From: Octopus sinensis
Lineage: Eukaryota
Length of the DNA stretch: 64,000 bases
Direction: 5' to 3'
Assembly: GCF_006345805.1 (NCBI RefSeq)
Contig: NC_043002.1
Location: forward strand, 7,998,001 to 8,062,000
Made by a program: the position numbers and the translations under genes. Each line of letters begins with the position of its first letter. Position 1 is the first letter of the stretch. Below are positions 1 to 12,338 of this stretch, piece after piece. The notes below the pieces were generated by a model. It was given only the letters and a program-made list of their open reading frames with translations. It was not told where the DNA came from and made no database searches.

Positions 1-524
1 GATAAGCTTCCTTTATCAAGGCTAAAGAGGCTAAGAGCACCCAGAGGATTTACAACGCGCTTGTCTGAACATTGTCTATTTTACTGTACCCTGTATACAT
101 TTATCTACACACAAATATACACACTCACACGCACACACACACACACACACACAACACACACACACACACACACACCATGCACGTACGTATGCTCACAAAA
201 TGAATTTCCGTCGGTTTCGACAATGTTCGGTTGTTAGATCAAATCTCACACAATTCACATAGATGTTTACCGTAAATCTCGGGTAAAAAATCAATGTAAC
301 ACAATGTGACAAAGCTAGACAATTGCATTACGGGTACAATCTACCCGACATACTCCTGCACAGTTTCTGTCTGCCAAATTCCGCTTAGAAAGCTTGGACT
401 GGCCAGACACTACGATAAAAGACAGTTACTCGAGATGCGGTGCTGTGGAATCGAGCCTAGGCCTTCATGATTGTGAAACACTCTTAACTATTCGACCATA
501 GTTCATACGCATACACATACATGC

Positions 525-592
<68 letters not shown>

Positions 593-601
593 ATATTATA
601 T

Positions 602-650
<49 letters not shown>

Positions 651-807
651 GCATACATGCATATATACATATATATATATATATTTAAAATGAGGGTGGG
701 AAATTAGATATTAATTTAATTACATTGATTTCACACCAGTGGTCTAGCATATAAAAAAAATGAAGGTTCAGTAAAATTGTATTATATACATATTAGAGGG
801 AAACCAC

Positions 808-895
808 TATGTGGACACCCTTATGCTAGAAATAGATCCGCTATGGTCTTAGCTATGGACCATAGCTGATCTAATTCTAGCATAAGGGTGTCCAC

Positions 896-898
<3 letters not shown>
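808..898. repeat. Near-perfect fold-back hairpin beside a (TA)n tract
   Basis: Perfect 24-bp arms TATGTGGACACCCTTATGCTAGAA (808-831) / TTCTAGCATAAGGGTGTCCACATA (875-898), with inner stems TAGATC/GATCTA and GCTATGGTC/GACCATAGC. Confidence 0.9.
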
Positions 899-927
<29 letters not shown>

Positions 928-1406
928 CATATGCATATATCACACACATATACACACGTACACGCATGCATATATGCATGCATACATACACACATACACA
1001 CAAATATACCATTGAACTGTAGACTTTCGAGCCTTTTCAATCATTACATTGTTTCAGTTATTTGACATTTCTCTTCCCCCCTCCCCCAACCCTCATTTCC
1101 TTATTCTCTTATTTCTTTATCCGGCCTCTAACAAGATAATGTTTATTGTTTATATATGTAATTTATTATCATCAATTACTGATTCCTGCCTCTAATCACT
1201 TCTTTCAGAATAAAACTTCTATCTTCAGCCAACCATCACATTATCTCCCTTCTTCTCTAACAAAACATTCCTATTATGTTTATCATAAGGTTAACTGACT
1301 TAGCGGCCATTTTACTTCGTTTTAGGAACCAACAAACTAGCAAATTCGCGGAATGTATTTAAGGGTAAGAAAGAGAGTAATAAAGAGAATGCGTGTGTTT
1401 GGATAT

Positions 1407-1778
1407 ACTCTTTACTCTTTTACTCTTTTACTTGTTTCAGTCATTTGACTGTGGCCATGCTGGAGCACCGCCTTTAGTCGAGCAAATCGACCCCAGGACT
1501 TATTCTTTGTATGCCTAGTACTTATTCTATTAGTTTCTTTTGCTGAAACGCTAAGTTACGGGGACGTAAACACACCTGCATCGGTTGTCAAGCGATGTTG
1601 GGGGGAACAAACACAGACACACAAACATATACACACACATATATATACATATATATGACGGGCTTCTTTCAGTTTCCGTCTACCAAATCCACTCACGAGG
1701 CTTTTATCTGCCCGAGGCTATAGTAGAAGACACATGCTGAAGGTGCCACGCAGTGGGAATGAACCCGGAACCATGCTC
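1407..1778 (-). mobile_element. tRNA-derived SINE, family B
   Basis: Reverse complement of the family at 17572 and 33725: GGCACC..GCA.GTGTCTTCTACTATAGCCTCGGGC body, internal (TA/TG)n, and tail GGCGGTGCTCCAGCATGGCC.CAGTCAAATGACTGAAACAAG(TAAAAGAG)n. Confidence 0.85.
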
Positions 1779-2226
1779 CTATGTGGATGTGTGGAATATC
1801 TGTGTGTATTTGTGAGGTGGGGTGCGTGTGCGCGTATCCGTGTATTATTTTATATGTGCATGTATGTATGTCTCCGCATATGTGTATCTATGCATGTCCT
1901 TTGCCCTTCGCTGTATGTGTAACATATTCGGTGCATGCATGCATTTGTTTGGGTATTAAGGTATTTGTGTGCGTGACTCAGTATTTTACCCTTAGATTAA
2001 TGTGCAACTCAATCAGTGAAGGCGAATACTCGAGGGAATGTAGTTACGCATGTGTTGCGTGTTTTCTATGTGTTGCATATCTTGTATGTATGTGTATAGT
2101 TGGTTTCCTCTGTGTTTTGTGAAGGGGGAGACAAGTCAGTAAAAAGAGACTTTATAGGGAAATTAGAAATACAGAAAAATGAGACAAAGCATAAAAATGC
2201 AGACAGATATGGGACAGAATGAGTGA

Positions 2227-3070
2227 TATGTTTGTATGTATGTATGTATGTATGTATGTATGTATGTATGTGTGTATGTATGTATGTAGTGTGTGTGTAT
2301 GTATGTATGTATGTATGTATGTGTGTATGTATGTATGTATGTGTGTATGTATGTATGTATGTATGTATGTATGAATGTATGTATGTATGTATATATGTAT
2401 GTATGTGTGTATGTATGTATGTATGTGTGTGTATGTATGTATGTATGTATGTGTGTATGTATGTATGTGTTGTGTATGTATGTATGTATGTGTGTATGTA
2501 TTTATGTATGTGTGTATGTATTTATGTATGTATGTATGTATGTATTTATGTATGTATGTATGTATGTGTGTGTATGTATGTATTATGTATGTATGTATGT
2601 ATGAATGTATGTATGTATGTATGTATGTATGTATGTATGCATGCATGTATGTATGTATGCATGTATGTATGTATTTATGTATGTATGTGTGTATGCATGT
2701 ATATATGTATGTATGTATGTATGTGTGTGTGTATGCATGTATGTATGTTTGTATGTATGTATGTATGTATGTATGTATGTATGTATGTATGTATGTATGT
2801 GTGTATGTATGTATGTATTTATGTATGTATGTATGTATGTATGTATGTATGTATGTATGTATGTATATATGTATGTAAGTATGTATGTATGTATGTATGA
2901 ATGTGTGTATGTATGTATGTATGTGTGTGTGTATGTATGTATGTATGTATGTATTTATGTATGTATGTGTGTATGTATGTATGTATGTGTGTGTATGTAT
3001 GTATGTAAGTATGTATGTATGTATGTATGTATGTGTGTATGTATGTATGTATGTATGTATGTATGTATAT
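2227..3070. repeat. (TATG)n microsatellite; source of spurious MYVC/HTYI ORFs
   Basis: Directly visible tetranucleotide repeat. Confidence 0.98.
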
Positions 3071-3632
3071 GCATTTATGTCAGGTAAATTTCGAGTGCTA
3101 CTGGTAACATGTAACCCAGTACCACCTGTTGCATGGTCGGGTTGTCAGCGACTAAACCGGCAACCCCACCAAGCTTGCTTGGTGGGGAGGGTGTTTATTG
3201 GACACCCTGCGGGATGAAAAACAAAACCCGTCAAAGGGTAGAGGAACTCTTGAGAGTCAACGGCCATCCAATAAATGCCTTAAGGCTGTATCATGCGCGG
3301 GGACATAGAAATAATCGGACTGAATACCCGATCGCGCGGTTAAACCATTGGGAGTGGAGGACTCCTAGCCTTTGTTTGGGCATCCTTCTAGGAGAAGGTA
3401 ACTCAGGTAACTGGGATAACTCCGACATAAAACCTGCGGCTCAGTGGTTACCGATGATGTTGACTTGTTCTTCTTTTTGGATTATGGCTGCTGTTGCTTA
3501 GTGAGTGGGATTGACTCAGTGCACAGCCTTTCCTCACTTTAAGAAAAATCTTCTTGCACAGGTATTGCACGATAACAACATTGATTATGCTTCGTGCAAT
3601 GGCCATACTCGATAACGAGGGGGCAGCCACCA
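3071..3632 (+). mobile_element. Non-autonomous RTE-related retroposon inside (TATG)n
   Basis: RTE-like 5'UTR motifs (GGGCATCCTTCTAGGAGAAGGTAACTC; GGATGAAAAACAAAACCCGTCAAAGGG). The 36 bp at 3594-3629 are identical to the 3'UTR of the RTE fragment at 43274-43309. No RT coding sequence. Confidence 0.7.
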
Positions 3633-4044
3633 TGTATGTATGTATGTATGTATGTATGTATGTATGTATGTATGTATGTATTTATGTATGTATGTATGTT
3701 ATTCAGTTTTATTTCAAGATTTCTTGCCAATAGAAATCAGAGCCGGTTTCTAACCTAGACCCAACAACATTAATAGAGTGTTTTTGCATCTACGTGTGAT
3801 TATGTGCAGTATTTGAGGTTAGAGCCGGTGTAGATCGTATGTTTTGTTTTATGAATGTATTCCCATGCATATAGTTGTATGTCTAGACATGCTCATATAT
3901 ACTTAAATGATAAACTTCTGGAAAGTTTTACAAAATTTCGCAGTTTCAGTGAAATGTAAGTTATGTATGCATATATGCATGCATGTATATGTGTATATGT
4001 TTATGTATGTATGAATGTATGCATCTATTTATGCATCATGCATT

Positions 4045-4100
4045 ATGTCAGGAAATTCTTAGTGCTCCTGGTAACATGTAAGCCAATACACTCTAATTAA
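4045..4100 (+). mobile_element. 5' fragment of the same RTE-related element
   Basis: ATGTCAGGAAATTCTTAGTGCTCCTGGTAACATGTAA matches 3077-3116. Confidence 0.6.
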
Positions 4101-4924
4101 ACCAGTAGCCCTATCAAGACTGCTTGGTTTTAAATGAAGTATTTTCAAATTAATTTTCGTTTAATTACTTTGACTTTATATATCATTTTAAAGTCTGTTT
4201 TTTGCTCTATCTAATCATGTTACTCTTTTTCTTTTTGAATAATTAGGTCATTTTAATCTATAGTTACTAATCTATAGGGGTAAGCTATAGTTATTTTGAT
4301 ACTTTAGTGGATGGTATTAACCTAGTGCCACATATTTATTTATTCATTTAAATATCATCGGCTACCTCTCACTTATATCACACACCTATTCACCTTAATC
4401 CACCACACCTACTAGTGCACAACTCCACACAACTCTCGCTAACCCCTCACACAACTCTACTTATGCCAATCTCACTACATTTATACCCTCCTGCACAAGC
4501 ATACAATATTCTGCCTTTTCCTCTCTTTTAAATCCTTACCAATAGAACCTTCACTGCGGTGGTATTTTGACCATATCGCACGAGGAGTTTTAGGCGGGCA
4601 AATTAAACTGGTCGTGTTCAAACGTACATATATATGTAGGCATACGTATTTATATGTAAATATTCGTATGTTTTATATATATATATATTTGTATTTATGT
4701 GCTATCTGAGTATATTCCACTCATGAAGGCAGAGCATTTTTTATGCAGAGCCAGAAAATCCGAAACCGGTTATTTCTCCCAAAAACAATGTCACTATACA
4801 CAAAATTTTATATCATTTCCCTAACATGACGATTTTGATACATTTTTTTAACCTTATAATACAAATCTTCCGCTATTTTTTCATTATTTTGTTATATATA
4901 TATATATAATATATATATATATAT

Positions 4925-4975
4925 GCGGTGCCCCAGCATGGCCACAGCTCGTGAGCTGAAACTTAATAAAATAAA
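4925..4975 (+). mobile_element. About 45-nt retroposon tail between (TA)n tracts
   Basis: GCGGTGCCCCAGCATGGCCACAGCTCGTGAGCTGAAAC is homologous to the SINE-B 3' end. Related copies are at 28103-28148 (+) and 47393-47432 (-). Confidence 0.75.
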
Positions 4976-5270
4976 TAAATAAATAAATATATATATCTAA
5001 TATATAATATATTATATATATATATATACCACCACCTACACTATCATAATATATATATATATATATATATAATATATATAATAATATATATATAAGATAT
5101 ATTATATCTATATAATAATATATATATATATATCTCACGCACACGCACGCACGCACACAGACCACGCATCACATATTTGTGTGTGAATATGGTTCAGTCT
5201 ACATAGAAATATATATACATATATATATATAATATATATTATATATATATATATATCTATATATATATAT

Positions 5271-5313
<43 letters not shown>

Positions 5314-5639
5314 ATATATAGAAATATATATGGTCATGAGTATTCCTTTTCTTTCCTTTCAAATAACTCCATATCTCAGTTCTATAGACCCAACAGTTAA
5401 TACTGATGGCAATGCCGTTTTCCACCACGGAATAATGAAGCGACGCTGCGAACACTGAGGTGACGCCTTCGAATACTAAAAGCCACAATACATCAGCACT
5501 TTATCCACGTTACTTAGAGACGTGACACAGAGACACAGAGTGCGGTCGGTTGGTCAGCTATAGCCGACTGACCACTCATGATTAAACTATTTCCTTACTT
5601 AAAACAGAGCCGGGTGCTTCCGCTACTGATGCTGTTTCC

Positions 5640-5744
5640 ACTACTACTACTACTACTACTCTTACTACTACTACTACTACTACTACCACTACTACTACTA
5701 CTACTACCACCACCACCACCACTACTACTACTAATACCACCACC

Positions 5745-5791
<47 letters not shown>

Positions 5792-5875
5792 CACTACCAC
5801 CACCACCACCACTACTACCACTACTACCACTACTACTACTACTACTACTACAACCACTACTACTACTACTACTGT
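5640..5875. repeat. (CTA)n/(CCA)n trinucleotide repeat
   Basis: Directly visible; gives poly-L/P/V/S pseudo-ORFs. Confidence 0.95.
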
Positions 5876-5951
5876 CATTTCTGCTGCACTTACTGTTACC
5901 ATATATATGTGTGTGTGTGTGTGTATGTGTGTGTGTGTGTATGTATATGTA

Positions 5952-5984
<33 letters not shown>

Positions 5985-7415
5985 GGAATCACTTTTCACT
6001 ATGGTCTTCTCTATTCTACTATAGAGATGCACACATCTCCTTCTCCCTATACATATGTAAACATGTGTGTGTGTGCGAGTGTAGTGTGAGTGTATGCGTG
6101 TGTGTGAGTGATATATAATATATACATACATATACAAATTCACATTTATTTACACACGGACACACGTACACGCACACACACACACACGCACACATACACG
6201 CACACACAAACAAACAAACAGTAAACCTAACAGTCATATTGGAAAGGGAGATAAGCGAGAGAGAAGGGCGATTCGTGTTCGGTGACCCTTGACTGTCAGT
6301 TGGAAAAGTGGCAACGAAGACTGAAACAGCCTTCCTTCTCCCCCCCCCCCGCCCTTTACTTCTCCCTTCTCTTCCACAATCTCTCCATCCACTCCCCCCC
6401 GCCCCCTTTTCCCCACTACAACCAGTTTTGCTTTTCCTTCCAATAACTCTTATAATAACTTAAAATCGCAAGAGCATTCGTCAATTCAGTAGGACTTCAG
6501 AAACCTATCTTAAAATGGCATAATGGTGACAATATCGACGTCTCTTGAGACACAGGTTGGCTATCCGCTATTTCGAATATGCTGTTTGTTTTAATTTCAC
6601 GCCGTTTGAGCGCAGTATAAATAAATGATCCAACCTTTCTGAAGAGGGAAGGGGGTGAGTGAGTGAGTTGGTGAATGAGAGATGCAGGAAAGTAGAGGAT
6701 GAGGAACTGCCAACAAGAAGTGAAAGTGAAAGTGGAAGTAAAGACCGAGATGAGAAGAGAGAAACGAAGGAATGGGAAAGTATATAGAGAGAAAGAGGGT
6801 TAAGGTAGAAAGGGAAATAAAAGAGGTAGAATGAGAGAGAGAGAGGTGAAATAAGGAAAAGAGAGAGGACGGTGTATGTAGTGGGGATGTGAGAGGATGA
6901 GCTAGGACATGACTGGAAAGGAATCAATGGGAATGATGATGATGATGATGATGAAGACGACGACGGTGATGGTTTGTGGAGTGACAATGAGGTGGCCATG
7001 ATACCAATGATAATGATGATGATTTCTAAAGGCGGAGGAGGTAATGATTCTATCAATATTTGAGTGCATAAGTCATGAAGCTATAGGCTTTGAATAGGAA
7101 GGAGGAGGATAAAAGAAAAAAGGGTAAAAGCGATGACGGCGATAACGCTGATGGATGATGAATGGTGATGATGATCAACATCTTCATCATTTTCCCAACC
7201 GTCATCATCATGAAGATCATGGGAATGATTATGATGATGAGAGAGCAGATAAAGAAAATACAAACAGGTATTCATACTCACACACATATCTATCTACGCA
7301 TTTATACACAAACGCATAAGCATACACGCTCATATAATTACGTAGATATACACACATATATAAAACGTCACGTAAGATAGAAAGCGTAGTGGTCAGTGCA
7401 TCTTTACGTTTTCTT

Positions 7416-7647
7416 ATTTCTTTACTGCCCACAAGGGGCCAAACACAGAGGGGACAAACAAGGACAGACAAACGGATTAAGTCGATTACATCGACCCCAG
7501 TGTGTAACTGGTACTTATTTAATCGACCTCGAAAGGATGAAAGGCAAAGTCGCTCTCGGCGGAATTTGAACGCAGAACGTAGCGGCAGACGCAATACCGC
7601 TAAGCATTTCGCCCGGCGTGCTAACGTTTCTGCCAGCTCGCCGCCTT
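7416..7647 (-). mobile_element. tRNA-derived SINE, family A, with 16-bp TSD
   Basis: A-box-like GGCGAGCTGGCAGAA, B-box GTTCAAATTCC, central CCTTTCATCCTTTCG.GGTCGAT..AAGTACCAG; TSD ATCTTTAC(G/A)TTTTCTT at 7400-7415 and 7648-7663. Confidence 0.92.
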
Positions 7648-8071
7648 ATCTTTACATTTTCTTCCCGTTTTCTTCGATACCTGTTTCCTTGTCTAAGTAT
7701 AATATATATAGATATACATGATAATGCCACCACCACCATCGTGACTATTAAAACACACACACACACACACACACGCACACATACATACACACTCACGCAC
7801 ACACACTTGCAGAGACAACACATGCAAACACAAATACGTCGAGACTCCGAACAAATATCCAATCTAACCCGAGCTGACCTATTAACTCCATGGAGAGGTG
7901 CCGTGGAATTCTTCGAACATTCAAGATAGCAGGATTCTTTGTCTTTCTTTACATTTCTGACAACCTTCCACATAATATGGCTCTCTTTATCTCTCTCTCT
8001 CACTCATTGTTTGTATGCGTGTACGCGCGCTTGTGTGTGTGTGTGTGTAAGTATATACATACACATAAACA

Positions 8072-8303
8072 AGACGGTGAGCTGGCAGAAACATTAGCGC
8101 GCAGGGCGAAATGCTTAGCGGTATTTCGTCTATCGCTACGTTCTGAGTTCAAATTCCGCCGAGGTCGACTTTGCTTTTCATCCTTTCGGGGTCGATAAAT
8201 AAAGTACCAGTTTCGCACTGGGGTCGATGTAATCGACTTAATCCGTTTGTCTGTCCTTGTTTGTCCCCTCTGTGTTTAGCCCCTTGTGGGTAGTAAAGAA
8301 ATA
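8072..8303 (+). mobile_element. SINE family A with 20-bp TSD
   Basis: Full-length copy; TSD TATATACATACACATAAACA at 8052-8071 and 8304-8323. Confidence 0.92.
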
Positions 8304-8339
8304 TATATACATACACATAAACACAATCATACATTCAAA

Positions 8340-8880
8340 CATAAATTGGAGTCCGAGAGAAACTATTATAGTGAATTGAATGTTCTCTGGTGAACAGAAA
8401 CCCAGTATGTGCTGAGAGATGCTGTTCAGTTAAGCTCGGCATGTGATCAATGATGTGCCACAAGGCACTGTATTGGGTCCACTCTTGTTCAGGATTTACA
8501 CCAATGACATCACTGACGTCATTAACCACAATAGGATTAGAATTTTCGCTGATGACTCTAAGCTTCTGAAGGTCGTCGACAGAGCAGGAAAACGACTAGT
8601 CTCCAATCGGATCTGCTCACTGTTATCCGATAAGCAAAAAAAGACACCGATATGCAGCTAAATGAGAATAAATTTGAAACAACTCACACTGCTTAAGAGG
8701 TTGCACTTAAGCTACCACACACTTCCTTCGGAGGAAAACCTCGTGGCACCACTAGAGACTTCGGTGTAACTGTCGAGAATTTAAGCTGGATTACTCACAT
8801 AAACAACAAAACTGACATGGCCCGCAAGGCGTGATCCTTGTTCCTCCGGACTTTATCGTTAGCACTATAGCATTTGTATG
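8340..8880 (+). pseudogene. CR1/L2-group LINE reverse transcriptase fragment
   Basis: Translation VPQGTVLGPLLFRIYTNDI...IFADDSKL contains the conserved RT motifs PQGSVLGP and F/YADD; frameshifted downstream. Confidence 0.88.
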
Positions 8881-9766
8881 ATGTGGAAACTGTCCCAACT
8901 GCACTAGCCAAATGATGATGGCATCAACTTAAAAATTCACCCAAGGCTTCGTTCCCGTGACATCCGTCCTCTACAAAAATCAGTTGTTAAGTGCTAAGTA
9001 TTTTCCATATACTATTATATAAACATGATCAAGCGATAGCTGTGTACTTGCCCGTCATCACAATCGAAAGGAGCTTTGGAAAACACGTTATAAGGATATA
9101 ACCCAGATGGTATTACATACAACACACACACGCACACGCACACGCACACACACACACTCAAACACACACTCATACATACGCACATATGTTTACATATATG
9201 TGATATATATATATATATATATATCTATATATATATATATATACACGTACACATATACGTTACAGTCACAGTTACTACTTTTCCTTTTATCTTATTTTCT
9301 AGCTCGTTGTTAAATTCAGTTCTATTTCATCAGACCCATGATCAACGCTATGCCAGCCCTGTCTCTCTCATCATGTTTTTTTTCCTTTTATTACATATTT
9401 CAAGTCTAGTATATCTTGCTTCATATCATCCAACTTGCCTTTCTGATGCTGTTGTTGATGTTGCTATTATCATAGAGTCCCCATGTCAAGCTTTTTGTTT
9501 CAGAAACCTCTGGTCAAAGGTTTCGTTTCAGAAAACCTATGATAAAGCCTTACCCAACAACTGTCTGTTTTTTCAAGCATTAACCATAATATCTTTCTGT
9601 TGTTGATGTTACTGTTACTGCTACTGCTGCTGCTACTGTTACGGCTGCTGCTGATACTGTTGTTGGTGTTCTTCTTGCGTTTATAGTTGTTGTTGCTATT
9701 CCTTAATCCTCACTTAAGCTCTGAGCAAGCAAAACTGAGGGTCAAAGACTTCCATCCGTAACCACC

Positions 9767-9854
<88 letters not shown>

Positions 9855-9978
9855 TCTCTTTTCAGATTCGTCCTTTATATATTTTTAAGAAAGTGGGCAA
9901 CGATATGAAGATTTTGTTGATATTTCCTGTAGGTAGGGCGACCGCCTAGATGCTCTCATTTCTTTTTGAAGAAGGGTA

Positions 9979-10048
<70 letters not shown>

Positions 10049-10243
10049 CATACACATATATGTGTATGTGTATAAATTATATGATATATATGTATTATAT
10101 ATGTATATATATATGTATATATATGTATATATATGTATATACATATATGTATATATACATATATATATATATAGTAAGAAAAGGGAGGAAGAGAATTTCG
10201 ATTATCCCTACGTGGTGGCTTGTAACGCAATATGTATATATAC

Positions 10244-10318
<75 letters not shown>

Positions 10319-10789
10319 GATAGATAATAAAAGAAGGAAAATGCACACAGTTTACACAGTTTTAATATAGCTTAAATGAAAGAGTATTGTGGTTATCGGC
10401 CGGTTTTGCTTTCGCTAATTATGACATTGAAATTCTTGTAATTTCGTATTTTCTGAAGATATTAGTCCATGTTCTTGTTTGCGAATGAATCAACAAGTAG
10501 AAAATCTAAGGGGACGCAATTGGTGATAGTTATTAGTCTGGACAGGGGAGGTAATTACTCATTTTGGGGGTGGGATAAATAAACACACAAAAGCTCATAA
10601 GGTAAAGTAGTGAGATGAAATATGTACAGTGATGGATATGTTCATGAATTAAAATATATACTAGGACCAAAGTTGGTTATACGTTCGTATTTAGGCGTGT
10701 TCTGTATCTTTTCGATAAATAAATCTCTGGTACAGAAATTGTTTCTTTGCACTGGTAGATGGGGTAATCTGTGAAATTTGGTTGGAGAT

Positions 10790-11390
10790 TCCCTAAACAT
10801 CTTTCTATGTGTTCACTGAAAGGTATCTATCTATACCTTGGGAAACGGATCTGTTCCTTATGTAGTGTAATTCTCCGTCTAAGAGACATACTTGTCTGGC
10901 CCATATAGTTGTGTCCACAACCTAAAAAAGTTATAGCATTAATTAAATTTTCGGATGCACAAGTGAAGTTGGTCTTAATTGTGAACCCCTCTCCTTGTTT
11001 GAATTGGAATTCCGAGCCTTCCAGTAGGTTGGGGCATGTTCCAAAGTTTGGACGTCCACATATTTTAACCATTGGTTTCGTGGTTGTTGTGTAAAGCTTG
11101 GCATCTGTCAGTGGTCTTTTCAGCGATTTGTCTGCTTTTTGCATTCGATGAATTTATGTGTTTCCAGAATGTTGTTCATTTTTGGATCCCTGATAAGCAA
11201 TGGCAGATTTTGTTCAATAGTGTTTTATGCCTCATTGTTTATAGGGTTGTGAGTGGATATATACGGTAGTATTTTGAGATGAGATGGTGTGGTGTTTCGT
11301 TTTGTTTCCCGTGATGTTTTAATACCTATTTTCTTAACTCCATCATCAATTTTTTTAAATTCCATCATCTATGAGGGTGGATAGTGTCTC
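10790..11390 (-). pseudogene. Penelope-like element (Neptune-type) linker plus GIY-YIG endonuclease fragment
   Basis: FTCASENLINAITFLGCGHNYMGQTSMSLRRRITLH is a GIY-YIG motif; upstream LPYISTHNP...NLPLLIRDPKM resembles the PLE linker. Confidence 0.8.
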
Positions 11391-11473
11391 ATTAATTTTA
11401 TACTATATATATTATATAGTATAAAATTAATATGGACAGCTAGATGCAATGTAAACAATCCAGGCAAAATTTA

Positions 11474-11823
11474 GTCGTCACTAATTATGACTGTATGTGC
11501 AAGAAACATATATATTGCTAGAAATAAGAGTTAGGCCACTTATAGCTGCGTAAAAGCACATTTATGTATACTGACGGGGTAGATAACTGCTCTATGACCG
11601 AAGCAAAGCTAGAACATTGCATAGAAGCAATGGAGGCATACTGTTGATAATTCCCACTAAGGTGAACCTGTGCAGTCCAGTGTTCTAGCCTTGCTTCACT
11701 CATGGGGCAGTTATCTACCCTGTCGCTATATACAAATGTCCTTTTACGCAACTATAAGTGGTTTAAGTCATATTTCTAGCAATATATGTGCTTGTAGGAC
11801 ATACAGTGACAATTAGTGACTAC
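11474..11823. mobile_element. Fold-back MITE with about 140-bp imperfect arms
   Basis: GTCACTAATT...TATATTGCTAGAAATA...GGGTAGATAACTGC is mirrored by GCAGTTATCTACCC...TATTTCTAGCAATATA...AATTAGTGAC. Confidence 0.8.
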
Positions 11824-11943
11824 ATATGTGTATGTGTATATGTGTGTGTATGTGTGTGTGTGCGCGCATATATGTATGTATATATATATGACTATATATA
11901 TATTATATATAATATACTATATATATATATATACAATATATAG

Positions 11944-12240
11944 TGGAGGCACAATGGCAGCAGACTCGCGGATGTAGGATCGCGGTTTCGATTCCCAGAC
12001 CGGGTGTTGTGAGTGTTTATTGAGTGAAAATACCTAAAGCTCCGCGAGGCTCCGGCAGGGGGGTGGTGGCGATCCCTGCTGTACTCTTTCGCCACAACTT
12101 TCTCTCACTCTTTCTTCTGTTGGCCTGCTCCCTTAGCCAGTGGAGTGGCGTCATTTGAAGGCTAAAACAATGCGAAGCGTATTGTGACCAGCGATGTGTA
12201 GCAACATCTCAGAGCCTGGTCGGTCACGCTGATCACAGTG
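11944..12240 (+). mobile_element. tRNA(Arg)-like SINE, family D
   Basis: GGAGGCACAATGGC...GACTCGCGG...GGTTTCGATTCCCAGACCGG; homologous to 61585-61915. Confidence 0.75.
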
Positions 12241-12304
12241 ATATATATATATAAATATGTATGTATATGTGTGTAGTATGTATATGTATGTATAGGCATG
12301 TATG

Positions 12305-12338
<34 letters not shown>

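Noticed and set aside
3077-3190. HDV-like ribozyme at the 5' end of the RTE-related element
   Set aside because: Hairpins exist (TACTGG/CCAGTA), but I could not assign P1, P3/L3 and P2 in the required order.
4705-4765. CTCATGAAG...CCGAAACCGGTT hammerhead-like vestige
   Set aside because: The core is mutated and no stem I pairing was found.
8073-8165. tRNA genes at SINE heads
   Set aside because: A and B boxes are present, but there is no complete cloverleaf and they continue into SINE bodies with TSDs.
8545-8556. CTGATGA occurrences at about 8549, 9331 (minus strand) and 40602
   Set aside because: No stem II plus GAAA follows; the first is simply the FADD codons of the RT.
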